The notes below the pieces were generated by a model. It was not told the origin of the DNA and ran no database searches. It saw only the letters and a list, made by a program, of their open reading frames with translations. Both the position numbers and the translations under genes were made by a program. DNA of 64,000 nt from Desulfomonilia bacterium. GTDB taxonomy: Bacteria > Desulfobacterota > Desulfomonilia > UBA1062. Of the stretch, positions 1 through 9,634 are shown piece by piece. Position 1 is the stretch's first letter. Every line of letters begins with the position of its first letter. Location of the stretch: NCBI GenBank assembly GCA_050014195.1, contig JBEKDT010000021.1, positions 1-64,000 of the forward strand, read 5' to 3'.

Positions 1-2
1 CT

Positions 3-131
<129 letters not shown>

Positions 132-212
132 TCCTCTGAAAAGGGATCTCCATAGTCAAACAAGACATGGTGATCCGGTTTTCTTTAGAATCGTTCGATA
201 AGGTGTGAAGCT

Positions 213-2123
213 ATGTGCGGGATCATGGGGATCTACCATCCACAGCATCTTGGTGATATCAAGGAGCAGTCCCTCAGAAGGATGCTTTCGAGCATGGCCC
301 ACCGGGGGCCGGACGGCCAGGGCATATTCCGGGATGATTCAATCATCCTCGGCCACAGGAGGCTTTCCATCATCGACCTCTCGACCGGGTCCCAGCCCAT
401 GTCCAACGAAGACTCAACGATTCATATTTGTGCCAACGGCGGTATCTTCAATTACAAAGAGCTCATGTCGGACCTCGAGAAACGCCACCACCGATTCAAG
501 ACGAGCTGCGACATCGAGGTGATACTCCATCTCTATGAGCAATATGGGCTTGACCTCTTCGAACATATGGAAGGCCAGTTTGCCTTTGCCGTGTGGGATG
601 CCCCCGGGAAGCAACTCGTGCTGGCAAGGGACAGGTTCGGTATCGCGCCGCTTTACTACACCATGCATTCGGACACACTCATCTTTTCCTCAGAGATCAA
701 GGCCATGCTGCCCATGCTGGGGAAGCTCAGGCTTTCACCAGAGGGTATTGCCCAGGTGTTCACCTTCTTCTCTGCAGTGGCTCCAAGGACCATATATGAG
801 GGGATTTATCAGCTCCGGCCGGGAGAATGCATCGTCTTCAAAGACGGCTCAAAGAAGTCCTTCATATACTGGGATGTGAAGTTTCCGGCGCAGGGGGAAC
901 ATGACATCATCGATGAAAAGCAGGCTATATCCACGCTTTATGAGACACTTGACGGGTCCGCCTCATTGCGGCTCCGTTCCGATGTACCCGTGGGTGCATA
1001 CTTAAGCGGCGGGCTCGATTCGAGTATCATCTCCACACTGGTAAAGAAATATGTGCCGGGGATGGAGACCTTCTCGGTAAGTTTTACTGATCCTGCATTT
1101 GATGAGTCGCTCTTACAGGAGTCTCTGGGGGCAAAGCTCGGCACGCACCACCATGTGCGAAGGATCGGCTATGAAGATATCGGCGATGTCTTCGAGCAGG
1201 TGGTATGGCATGCAGAGACACCGGTCTTAAGATCAGCGCCTGCTCCCATGTTCCACCTCTCACACCTCGCACGCAAGAACGGCATCAAGGTGGTGCTGAC
1301 AGGCGAGGGTGCGGATGCACTCTTCGGGGGATATGATATCTTCAAAGAGACACGCATCAGGCACTTTTGGGCCAAGCATCCCGACTCTAAGATACGCCCC
1401 CTGTTGCTCTTTGCCTTGTATCCCCATTTACCAGTCCGTATGCAGTACCCTGACCGGCACCTTATGTCTTTCTACCAAGAAGACCTTCTGAAAACAGCAC
1501 ATTTCGGCTACTCCCATCTTCCCACATGGCGCACCATAGTCGGTATCCAGCAGTTTTTCACCGAAGAATTCCGCGCAACCCTCGGATCGTATGATCCTGT
1601 AGAAGAGCTCGAGGGGCTCCTTCCTGCGGAATTCTCCACATGGCATCCCCTCAACCAGGCCCAGTATCTTGAGATCAAGCTCCTCCTCGCCGGATACCTC
1701 TTGTCTTCACAGGGTGAGCGCATGACCATGGCCCATGGTGTGGAGGGGCGCTACCCCTTCTTGAGCCACCGCCTTGCAGAAATAGCCTCGCGTTTGAACC
1801 CGCGACTCAAGCTCAAGGGGCTCAAGGAGATGTACATCCTCAAGAAGACCTTCAAGCCTGAGTTGCCCAAGGAGATCTTCTCCCGCATAAACCATCCCCT
1901 TGAATCATCCAGTAAGGAGGCGTTCTTCAGCAACATGATGCCCCGGGAACGTGTAGCGCCTTATCTTGAGAGGGATTCCATCGTATCGCATGGAATTTTT
2001 GACCCTGATCGTGTGGATATCCTTGTATCGAAGTGCGCACGCCAGGACCGCATGGGATTTCCGGATAACTCTGCGCTGCTCGGGGTGCTCTCCACGCAGA
2101 TGATCCTGGAACAGTTCTGTTAA
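213..2123 (+). CDS. asnB: Asparagine synthase (glutamine-hydrolysing) family amidotransferase with several substituted conserved residues
   Basis: N-terminal MCGI, HRGPD, RLSIID, RDRFG and SGGLDSS motifs. Confidence 0.85.
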   Translation: MCGIMGIYHPQHLGDIKEQSLRRMLSSMAHRGPDGQGIFRDDSIILGHRRLSIIDLSTGSQPMSNEDSTIHICANGGIFNYKELMSDLEKRHHRFKTSCDIEVILHLYEQYGLDLFEHMEGQFAFAVWDAPGKQLVLARDRFGIAPLYYTMHSDTLIFSSEIKAMLPMLGKLRLSPEGIAQVFTFFSAVAPRTIYEGIYQLRPGECIVFKDGSKKSFIYWDVKFPAQGEHDIIDEKQAISTLYETLDGSASLRLRSDVPVGAYLSGGLDSSIISTLVKKYVPGMETFSVSFTDPAFDESLLQESLGAKLGTHHHVRRIGYEDIGDVFEQVVWHAETPVLRSAPAPMFHLSHLARKNGIKVVLTGEGADALFGGYDIFKETRIRHFWAKHPDSKIRPLLLFALYPHLPVRMQYPDRHLMSFYQEDLLKTAHFGYSHLPTWRTIVGIQQFFTEEFRATLGSYDPVEELEGLLPAEFSTWHPLNQAQYLEIKLLLAGYLLSSQGERMTMAHGVEGRYPFLSHRLAEIASRLNPRLKLKGLKEMYILKKTFKPELPKEIFSRINHPLESSSKEAFFSNMMPRERVAPYLERDSIVSHGIFDPDRVDILVSKCARQDRMGFPDNSALLGVLSTQMILEQFC

Positions 2124-2169
2124 TACGGTACAAGGCATATGCCTCAGGCCGATTCCCTCATGTTACATC

Positions 2170-2197
2170 TTGAGAAATCCTTTGCCGCGGTTATAAT
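2170..2197 (+). promoter_or_regulatory. Putative sigma-70 promoter of the amidohydrolase gene
   Basis: TTGAGA-N16-TATAAT about 100 bp upstream of the ATG. Confidence 0.45.
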
Positions 2198-2294
2198 GAA
2201 TAACAGAGATTTAAATCTTGGCAATACCCGAGCAAGTGCATAAGCTGTGCTTGTGCGGGTATTATTCTGTCCATGCAGACAAAGGGGGGGAACC

Positions 2295-3167
2295 ATGGTT
2301 ATCGATTGTCATTACCACCTGGAGGAGAGGCTTCTTAGCGTTGATGATCTTATCAGAGAGATGGAGCGGTGCGGCATCCGGAAGACCGCACTTATGGGGG
2401 GCATGGTCGAACCCTTTGCAGAGCCGCCGAAGTTCCTCGTCAAGGGCCTTCAGGTTCTCCTGGAGAGCACTGTGCTTCGGGGCGTGGGCAAGGCCCTGAT
2501 CTCGAACTTCACGGACAAGGGCGATATCAAGATCCTGGGCAAGCCGTATCAGATCTATGCGGATCCTGACAACGAGGGGGTCTTCGAGGTGGTCAAAAAA
2601 TATCCTGACCGATTCCTCGGCTGGATCTTCGTGAATCCGAGGGGCAAGAGGGACCAGGTTGAAGAATTTGAGAAATACAAGGACCGGCCGGGTTTCATCG
2701 GTGTCAAGGCGCACTCCTTCTGGCACCGATTCCAGCCCGTGGAGCTGGCGCCCGTGGCCGAGCGGCTGGCAAAGACCGGCAAGCCGCTGCTCATCCATGT
2801 CGGGTTCGGTGAAGAGGGCAACTTCGAGGCCCTGCTGGCAAAGGTGCCCGATCTCAAGCTCATCCTGGCACATGCAGGCTTCCCCGAATATGCGGATACC
2901 TGGAAGAAGATCAAGAACCGTAAAAATGTGTATCTCGATCTCTCCCAGACGAGCTACACGAGCGAAAGGGCCACCCGAGAGGTTGTCGACTACCTGGGTG
3001 CGGACCGGCTCTTCTTCGGAACCGACGGCCCATTCGGATTCCACGGCCCCGACCACAAATACGATTATGGCTTCATAAAGCGCAGGATCGAGCGTATGTT
3101 CCCTGATATTATGGTTCAGGAAAGGCTCCTGGGTGGAAGCTTCGCCGATGTCGCCGGGATAAGTTAG
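2295..3167 (+). CDS. Amidohydrolase family (Amidohydro_2) metal-dependent hydrolase
   Basis: IDCHYH, GVKAH, LIHVG, LAHAG, FGTDGP motifs; start placed at the ATG after an AAAGGGGGGG RBS. Confidence 0.85.
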   Translation: MVIDCHYHLEERLLSVDDLIREMERCGIRKTALMGGMVEPFAEPPKFLVKGLQVLLESTVLRGVGKALISNFTDKGDIKILGKPYQIYADPDNEGVFEVVKKYPDRFLGWIFVNPRGKRDQVEEFEKYKDRPGFIGVKAHSFWHRFQPVELAPVAERLAKTGKPLLIHVGFGEEGNFEALLAKVPDLKLILAHAGFPEYADTWKKIKNRKNVYLDLSQTSYTSERATREVVDYLGADRLFFGTDGPFGFHGPDHKYDYGFIKRRIERMFPDIMVQERLLGGSFADVAGIS

Positions 3168-3322
3168 GTTTTCTTCGTCTATGCAAGAAATGCATGCAAA
3201 CTCAAAGACCATGCCCTATTCGCATTTGACACCGTCAGGCTGATCCACTAGTTCTGAACAAGGGCTAAAGTACCTCATTCATTTTTGCCCCGGATGGATA
3301 TCCTCGGACAAGGAATAGTTCA

Positions 3323-4486
3323 GTGGAAAAAAGGACCGTCACCTACCTTGACAATGCAGCGAGCACATGGCCGAAACCCCAAGGGGTCATCCGCGCTGTG
3401 GAGCGTGTTCTGATCGAGACGGCTGCAAACCCCGGCCGTTCGGCACACAGCCTTTCTGTTGAGGCTGCACGAATCATTGCAGATGCCCGGGAGGCCATAG
3501 CCTCCCTCTTCGGGGTCAAGGACCCACTGCGTGTAGTGTTTACAAAAAACGCCACTGAAGCCCTCAACATCGTTGTGGGCGGCCTGCTCAAGCAGGGAGA
3601 CCATGTCATCACCACCGGCATGGAACACAATTCCGTGATGCGGCCCTTAAGGGCCGCTGAAGCAAGCGGCATCAAACTGTCTATAGTAGGCTGTTCAAGA
3701 CAGGGCGAACTGGATCCGTCGGATGTAAAAAAGGCCATCAGACCCGATACAAGACTCATCATCCTCACCCATGCATCCAATATCACCGGCACTATCATGC
3801 CGGTTGCCGAGGTGGGTTCTATTGCCAGGGAACACGGCATCACCTTCTGCATGGATGCTGCACAGACCGCAGGCTGCCTTCCCATAGACGTTGATAAGAT
3901 GGACGTCGATCTCCTTGCATTTACCGGGCATAAGTCACTCTATGGTCCCCAAGGCACCGGAGGGCTTTACATCAGGGCAGGCCTGGAGGAAAAAATCGAA
4001 CCCCTCATGATGGGTGGTACGGGCAGCGCCTCCGAGCATGAAGAACAGCCGGTCTTCATGCCGGACAAATTCGAGGCGGGCACGCCCAACACGCCGGGCA
4101 TCGCCGGGCTGCTTGAAGGTGTTCGTTTCCTGGAATCACGCGGCATAGGCCCTGTCAGGGAATACGAGATGGGCCTTGCAGCACAGCTCAGGAGCGCCTT
4201 GACCTCTATCCCTGGGGTGCGTATCTATGGCCCTGAAGATCCAGGCCGAACCATAGCGATAGTATCATTCAGCATGGAAGGCATGAGCCCGTCAGATATC
4301 GCCTTCAGGTTAGACGAGGAGTATGGCATCATGGCGAGGCCGGGTCTGCACTGTGCCCCATCGGCCCACAGGACTATTCATACCTTTCCGCAAGGGACCG
4401 TGCGGTTGAGTCTCGGGTGTTTCAATACAATAGATGATGTAAGCAGGGCTGTTCATGCAGTGTCTCGGATTGCACAAGAAATGTAG
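3323..4486 (+). CDS. Cysteine desulfurase/selenocysteine lyase-like class V PLP enzyme
   Basis: YLDNAAST, MEHNSV, DAAQTAG, FTGHKSLYGPQG (PLP Lys), GLHCAP (catalytic Cys). Confidence 0.9.
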   Translation: MEKRTVTYLDNAASTWPKPQGVIRAVERVLIETAANPGRSAHSLSVEAARIIADAREAIASLFGVKDPLRVVFTKNATEALNIVVGGLLKQGDHVITTGMEHNSVMRPLRAAEASGIKLSIVGCSRQGELDPSDVKKAIRPDTRLIILTHASNITGTIMPVAEVGSIAREHGITFCMDAAQTAGCLPIDVDKMDVDLLAFTGHKSLYGPQGTGGLYIRAGLEEKIEPLMMGGTGSASEHEEQPVFMPDKFEAGTPNTPGIAGLLEGVRFLESRGIGPVREYEMGLAAQLRSALTSIPGVRIYGPEDPGRTIAIVSFSMEGMSPSDIAFRLDEEYGIMARPGLHCAPSAHRTIHTFPQGTVRLSLGCFNTIDDVSRAVHAVSRIAQEM

Positions 4487-4545
4487 GTTGGGCCGAGCTG
4501 AAACGAACCCCGACAAATGTAAAGGTACTCTTAAGGAGGTGAACT

Positions 4546-5127
4546 ATGGCATATACCATTGACGCCCGAGGGCTTGCATGCCCGCAGCCCGTGATATTGA
4601 CCAAGAAGGCGCTGGAGACGAACGATGATCTCATCGTGCTGGTGGATGACACGGCGGCCCGTGAGAATGTCAAGCGACTCGCAACAAACATGGGTTTCGT
4701 TGTTGAGGAGGAGCATCAGGGAAGTGAGACCCGCATCCGCATCAACAAAGTCAGCGCTTGCACACACGCACAGGGGGCCATCACCGGTCAAGGTCCTGTT
4801 GTAGTGGTCATTGCATCAGACACCATGGGCAGGGGGGAAGATGTTCTTGGGGGTGTGCTCATGAAGAGCTTTCTTCATACGCTCACTCAGGCCGGAGCGA
4901 TGCCGGATACCATGATCCTCTTTAATACCGGTGTAAAACTTGCCGTTAAGGGCTCAGAGGTGCTTGATGATCTGGAGTCCCTTGCAAATGCAGGGGTGAA
5001 TATTCTGGCTTGCGGGACCTGCCTGAATTACTTCTCTTTGAAAGAAAATCTTGCAGTCGGTGTGGTATCCAATATGTACGACATCTCGCAGACCATGCTT
5101 GGTGCAGGCAGAATCGTGCAGATATGA
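4546..5127 (+). CDS. yedF: Sulfurtransferase-like selenium metabolism protein YedF (SirA/TusA + DsrE-like domains)
   Basis: IDARGLACPQPV N-terminus, ACGTCLNYF, SNMYDI; AGGAGG RBS. Confidence 0.85.
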   Translation: MAYTIDARGLACPQPVILTKKALETNDDLIVLVDDTAARENVKRLATNMGFVVEEEHQGSETRIRINKVSACTHAQGAITGQGPVVVVIASDTMGRGEDVLGGVLMKSFLHTLTQAGAMPDTMILFNTGVKLAVKGSEVLDDLESLANAGVNILACGTCLNYFSLKENLAVGVVSNMYDISQTMLGAGRIVQI

Positions 5128-5357
5128 GCCGGGTTTTCCGCAGGGTGCTCCTTTTCGAGTCTGTAAGCGCCGTACTCGTTGCCGAGAAGGTCTTGAAGGA
5201 TAGGGGCATCCCGTATAAGCTCATCCCGGTGCCCAAGCATTTGAGTTCGGACTGCGGGGTGTGCATCCGTGTAAATGTGGAAGACCTGCGCTCTACTGAG
5301 GAGATCTTAACGGGAAAGGTGAAGGTGCTCTCCACCCATGAGCTTTCCGAGACATAA
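5124..5357 (+). CDS. DUF3343 putative S/Se carrier-like small protein
   Basis: F-x-S...EKVLK...LIPVPKHLSSDCG pattern; ATGA overlap with the yedF stop. Confidence 0.75.
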   Translation: MSRVFRRVLLFESVSAVLVAEKVLKDRGIPYKLIPVPKHLSSDCGVCIRVNVEDLRSTEEILTGKVKVLSTHELSET

Positions 5358-5397
5358 CAGCCCTTGCATGGTGGAGATAATGAAAAGTTACCGGATG

Positions 5398-5443
5398 AAA
5401 CAACCGTCAGATGCGGCCCTCGCTCGCACCTGACGGTTGTTTT
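5398..5443. terminator. Probable bidirectional intrinsic terminator
   Basis: AAACAACCGTCAG...CTGACGGTTGTTT hairpin between convergent genes. Confidence 0.65.
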
Positions 5444-5451
5444 GAGATTTC

Positions 5452-5769
5452 CTAACAGCCGCAGCAGCCGCCGCCGCACTCTGAAGCCCGCTTGATGCCT
5501 GATGAGATGATGAAGCCTTCGCCCTGAGGGGAGATGATATAATCTACTTTAATGGGCTTTGCCTCTTCCAGCAGCTGTTTTTCGATCAGGAAAGTATAGC
5601 CGCCTGATTCGAATGTCTCATCGGTTTCATTCGCTTCATCCAGGGCCATTCCCAACTGTGGACCGCTGCAACCGGCGCCCGCAATGAATATTCTAAGCGG
5701 AGAAACAGCATCACGCGATTTGAAGAACTCCCTTACCATTTCTGTTGCCTTTTCCGTAACCTCGAACAT
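5452..5769 (-). CDS. IscA/HesB family protein (Cys form)
   Basis: RIFIAGAGCSGPQLGMALDE motif, C-terminal CGGGCCGC; AGGAG RBS. Confidence 0.85.
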   Translation of the reverse strand: MFEVTEKATEMVREFFKSRDAVSPLRIFIAGAGCSGPQLGMALDEANETDETFESGGYTFLIEKQLLEEAKPIKVDYIISPQGEGFIISSGIKRASECGGGCCGC

Positions 5770-5841
5770 TATCCGTCTCCTTTTGAGGCGCCCGGATCAC
5801 CAAGCCGATCTTTCAGCTACAATGTCCCTTACGCACCATTT

Positions 5842-6246
5842 TTATCTATAGATGATTACTCTATCCATTAGGTTCTTATACATATCGAGTATCCCGTCAG
5901 CGAGACAGTAACACACGCTGGTCCCTGTGGCCTGCGCTTCAATCCATCCGGTCTCCCTGAGCACCTTCAGGTGCTGGGATACGCTCGACTGGGCAAGGGG
6001 CAGGGCATTCACGATTTTCCCGCAGATGCACCGGCAGTTAGGCGGCGTGTTGGCGAGCATCCTTACGATCTCTACGCGTATAGGGTGGGAGATTCCCTTT
6101 GCAAGCAGGGCAAGCTTTTCTCCGGACTTTTTGTCGGATATATTCCCGATGCTTTCTTCCAGAATCAAATGAGGCTGGCGCGGCCTGCCTACATACATCT
6201 TTGTTCTTCCAGCCGTTGATGTTTTCATCTTCTTCATGCTCGCCAC
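5842..6246 (-). CDS. ArsR/SmtB family metalloregulator
   Basis: AKGISHPIR, CRCICG, LAQSSVSQHLKVL helix-turn-helix, VCYC; true start may be a later Met. Confidence 0.85.
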   Translation of the reverse strand: MASMKKMKTSTAGRTKMYVGRPRQPHLILEESIGNISDKKSGEKLALLAKGISHPIRVEIVRMLANTPPNCRCICGKIVNALPLAQSSVSQHLKVLRETGWIEAQATGTSVCYCLADGILDMYKNLMDRVIIYR

Positions 6247-6303
6247 GATGATTATTTATCGGCAACTAACGATAAAGCAGCAGGATACACCCGTCAAGCA
6301 AAA

Positions 6304-6603
6304 TCAGCATGAACACGACCCCGATGAACCTGAGCCCTTTTCCAATAATGGCGAGGAGATCAGGAACCCGTACTCATTGCTGTCTATAAAGATCTTCTCA
6401 ACATGTTTCATAAGATCTTTTCCCACAATGAATGTGAAGCCTTCCTTCTCATATGTCTCATCATTTTCTCCCGGCTCGTCCAGAGCCAGCATGAGCTGAA
6501 ACCCCCCTCAGCCATGGCGGCCATATATACGCACCGGGCTTACATCCTTGCCTTTGAAATAATATTTTAATGAACTCAGGGCGTTAGTTGTTAACTCAAT
6601 CAT
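6304..6603 (-). CDS. HesB-like selenoprotein, 99 aa (UGA at 6508-6510 read as Sec32)
   Basis: AGGAGG-N5-ATG at 6603; reads MIELTTNALSSLKYYFKGKDVSPVRIYGRHG-UGA-GGFQLMLALDEP...SCSC; UGA aligns with the Cys of the neighbouring paralog; hairpin downstream. Confidence 0.85.
6471..6489 (-). promoter_or_regulatory. Putative bacterial SECIS hairpin
   Basis: CUGGCUC-UGGAC-GAGCCGG stem-loop starting 18 nt after the UGA, with G-containing apical loop. Confidence 0.7.
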
Positions 6604-6881
6604 CAGTACCTCCTGGATGCTGATACGTAAATAAAATTTCCGTGCGGGTCTTCAACCGTTTCCATGCCTTCTATCGCCTCGTTCTCTTCTTTATAGGGCA
6701 CCTCATCTTGGGAGTCCAGATCCCGCCATGGGATAATTTTACAGAGGACGCAATGCGATTATTATTTTTATTGCAAAAAAATTTCTATTGAGTACTCTAT
6801 CCACGTGTTGACTGTCCTCGGGGGAGTGGAGCCATCAGTATCCGGTATATAAAAACAGATATATACCAAGGGGTATAATCA

Positions 6882-7511
6882 ATGGATAAAGCAAGACTAT
6901 CAATGATCACACGGGCAATCGGTATTTTCTCTGCTGTACTGCTTATTACAGGGTGCGACTTCTGGGGGGTGAATGAACTTACCGTGAATATAACCTCACC
7001 CTCAGGGGATACAACTATTTCTACGGGACAGTCGGTGGATTTCGAAAGCTCGGTATCCAATGGCTCAAGCCCATACACCTACAATTGGGACTTCGGAGGT
7101 GGTGCAACAAACAGCACTGAACAGAATCCCGGCTCAATAATATTCAGCACCGCCGGCACTTATACGGTGACGTTGACGGTGACCGACAGCACTGGAACTA
7201 CAGCGGAATCCTCGGTTACCGTGACTGTTTCGACTTCGACTTCAACGGCATTAACCGTAAGCATAACCTCACCCTCAAATAATACAACTATTTTGCCAGG
7301 AGGGTTGGTGAATTTCCAGAGTACGGTGTCCAACGGGACAGGCTCATATACCTATCTATGGAACTTCGATGGTGGTGCAACCAACAGCACGGTGCAGGAT
7401 CCCGGCTCAATAATATTCAGCACCACTGCCGGCACTTATGTGGTGACGCTCACGGTGACCGACAGCAATAATGCTACAGGGGAAGCCTCGGTCAATGTGA
7501 TCGTTCAGTAG
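6882..7511 (+). CDS. Lipoprotein with two tandem PKD domains
   Basis: Lipobox LLITGC; two repeats with YxWxFxGG and AGTYxVTLTVTDS. Confidence 0.85.
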   Translation: MDKARLSMITRAIGIFSAVLLITGCDFWGVNELTVNITSPSGDTTISTGQSVDFESSVSNGSSPYTYNWDFGGGATNSTEQNPGSIIFSTAGTYTVTLTVTDSTGTTAESSVTVTVSTSTSTALTVSITSPSNNTTILPGGLVNFQSTVSNGTGSYTYLWNFDGGATNSTVQDPGSIIFSTTAGTYVVTLTVTDSNNATGEASVNVIVQ

Positions 7512-7593
7512 TCTTAAGCGGCAGATACATAGGATCAAGGTTATCTGCAATGAAATAGAAGGGAAGCAAAATAAATCCGGAAGGATAGGTTGT

Positions 7594-8172
7594 ATGAACC
7601 GGGATGTTCATGAGTTGTCGAAGAAGTTAATGAACAAGGAATATGACACGCTTTCATTGCAGCAGCAGCATGTCATTCGCCACATCTCCCGGAGGGAGCA
7701 TATAAGCAAGGATGTTCGAAAAGAACATGAAGAACAATACACATTCGGTCAGCGTATGGCGGATAAAGTGGCATCTTTCGGCGGTTCCTGGCCGTTTATC
7801 CTTCTCTTTTTTTTCATTATGGCATTGTGGATCGCACTCAATTCATACCTACTCATCCAATGGAAAAAACAATTCGATCCATACCCATACATATTGCTTA
7901 ATTTAGTGCTGTCCATGATGGCAGGCATCCAGGCGCCGATAATCATGATGAGCCAGAACCGTCAGACACAGAGGGACAGGCTTGATGCCGCCCATGATTA
8001 TGAGGTGAATCTCAAGGCCGAACTGGAGATTATGGCCCTTCACGGTAAGATGGATCAATTGAGGGAACACCAATGGGAGGATCTGGTAAACATGCAGAAA
8101 GAACAGATCCGGATGCTGACCTTGCTGGTTGAAGCACTGAAAGTGGTAAAACAGGAGAGAGAAAAGCCCTGA
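7594..8172 (+). CDS. DUF1003 membrane protein
   Basis: ADKVASFGGSW, FDPYPYILLNLVLS, QAPIIMMSQNRQ, DYEVNLKAE. Confidence 0.9.
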   Translation: MNRDVHELSKKLMNKEYDTLSLQQQHVIRHISRREHISKDVRKEHEEQYTFGQRMADKVASFGGSWPFILLFFFIMALWIALNSYLLIQWKKQFDPYPYILLNLVLSMMAGIQAPIIMMSQNRQTQRDRLDAAHDYEVNLKAELEIMALHGKMDQLREHQWEDLVNMQKEQIRMLTLLVEALKVVKQEREKP

Positions 8173-8207
8173 TCAAAGACGGCCCAGCTGTTCTCATTGC
8201 AAATTCC

Positions 8208-9632
8208 TTAAGAGGGGATAGCGTGTTTTCGTAGCTTGGGGCTGAGTTTGGAAGATGGTTTTGCCTCGCGAGTTGTATCAATGATATCTTGTCGTAATGC
8301 ATGCTTCAACAAGAGCTTATACGGCTGTTCAGAAGGTCTTGAACCAATGTATATCCATTTATTATCCAAATCAAAAGGCAGGTTGTTGCTTTTAAAGACT
8401 AGGCAGGAATTCCTGGTTGTCCCGAACTCGACAAAAACATACTCATCAATGCGCATAATAAGTGCATTGGTTTGAGGCTTATCGCCATTTTCAAGGGCGA
8501 GAATGCGGTCTTGAGCAAGTTTACGAAAATCTTTAAAATCCGCTCCGGGATGGGTAAATGCATGCGGACCCAAGGCAAACCACATGTCTTCTATTTTAGG
8601 CACAAAACGCAACCAGTATTGGAGGCGCTTTTTATCTGCCGATGGATCTTCCGAGAGTACTCGGAAAAATTCAGTGATCAGACGGCGTTTAAACCAGCCG
8701 TTTATCAATTCCCGCGCAGTCTCATCATTTACGAATGCATCCCAGGCCGCCCGATTAATCCATGGATTACCTATTATTGTTACTGCTGAATCACGGAGCG
8801 AGGTATGCTCAGGCCTTGAAACACACTGTGCATAGCGCGAGACTATCCGTGCAATACATTTCTTCTTCAGTATTTCAGAAGGCATGATCCCTGAGTTGTG
8901 AGTTATCATAGCCAAACATCGCTCAAGGTGCCCTTTGAACTCATCGTCTCCAAAACTGCATACAGCATTTATGCGGGCCAGGACAGTAGCTTCCCAAACC
9001 CATGAATTCCTCGGTATGAATAAACCTTCCAAGGCCGATTTTAGTTCGTTGCAGTCGCCCTGAGCCAAAGCAAGGCCATAGCGATCGCATAGATTCTCAC
9101 TAAGCAGGTTCATATGCTCGCTGATAACGTGAACCCATCTGTGAGCAGGCATGGCTCGTTGAATTAGGTGAAGATGATCAAGCAAAAACCTGCGCAAACT
9201 TTCCCAGTTTTTTTGTCCGGCCTCCGCTACATCATCGGCAAATATATTATAGTCGAAATATCCTGATAAAAGACCTTGATAGCATTTTAGAAACTGGTGA
9301 AACTTAAGCTTCTCTGCATCGACTTTTCGCATCAATAGAGGAAAAAGCTCATTATCTTCTATCAATCGCCAACCGTCATCTTCGATGATATGGGAGATAC
9401 CCAGGCAGGCATATTTCAGGTCCAGGAAGGCGGGCAACTCAGAGGAACGACGAAAAGTTAATAACGTCTTTTCGATCGACCTTTGAGAAATGGTGTCTGC
9501 AGGGGTGTCGAAGGCCGAGCAAACCTCCTCCAAGGCCTTACTCATAAGCTGTGGCCGTCCCCATGCCGCATCGTGTAATGCGGCGGAAAATGTCTGATTT
9601 ATTCTGAGACGCAATGAGTCAAGCACATGCAT
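8208..9632 (-). CDS. zorC: Zorya ZorC-like EH-signature domain protein
   Basis: GNPW, EFFRVLS...KRLQYWLRF, NALIMRIDEYVFVEF; directly downstream of zorAB. Confidence 0.75.
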   Translation of the reverse strand: MHVLDSLRLRINQTFSAALHDAAWGRPQLMSKALEEVCSAFDTPADTISQRSIEKTLLTFRRSSELPAFLDLKYACLGISHIIEDDGWRLIEDNELFPLLMRKVDAEKLKFHQFLKCYQGLLSGYFDYNIFADDVAEAGQKNWESLRRFLLDHLHLIQRAMPAHRWVHVISEHMNLLSENLCDRYGLALAQGDCNELKSALEGLFIPRNSWVWEATVLARINAVCSFGDDEFKGHLERCLAMITHNSGIMPSEILKKKCIARIVSRYAQCVSRPEHTSLRDSAVTIIGNPWINRAAWDAFVNDETARELINGWFKRRLITEFFRVLSEDPSADKKRLQYWLRFVPKIEDMWFALGPHAFTHPGADFKDFRKLAQDRILALENGDKPQTNALIMRIDEYVFVEFGTTRNSCLVFKSNNLPFDLDNKWIYIGSRPSEQPYKLLLKHALRQDIIDTTREAKPSSKLSPKLRKHAIPS

Positions 9633-9634
9633 AG

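Noticed and set aside
213-2123. Lasso peptide cyclase
   Set aside because: Full glutaminase domain with Cys1 is present; no B protein, RRE or precursor nearby
2262-3212. 316-aa minus-strand ORF
   Set aside because: Antisense shadow of the amidohydrolase gene; no motifs
6712-6728. GAGTCC...TCCCGCCA resembling the tRNA-Asp 3' end as an att site
   Set aside because: Only 8 bp exact and in inverted rather than direct orientation relative to the tRNA
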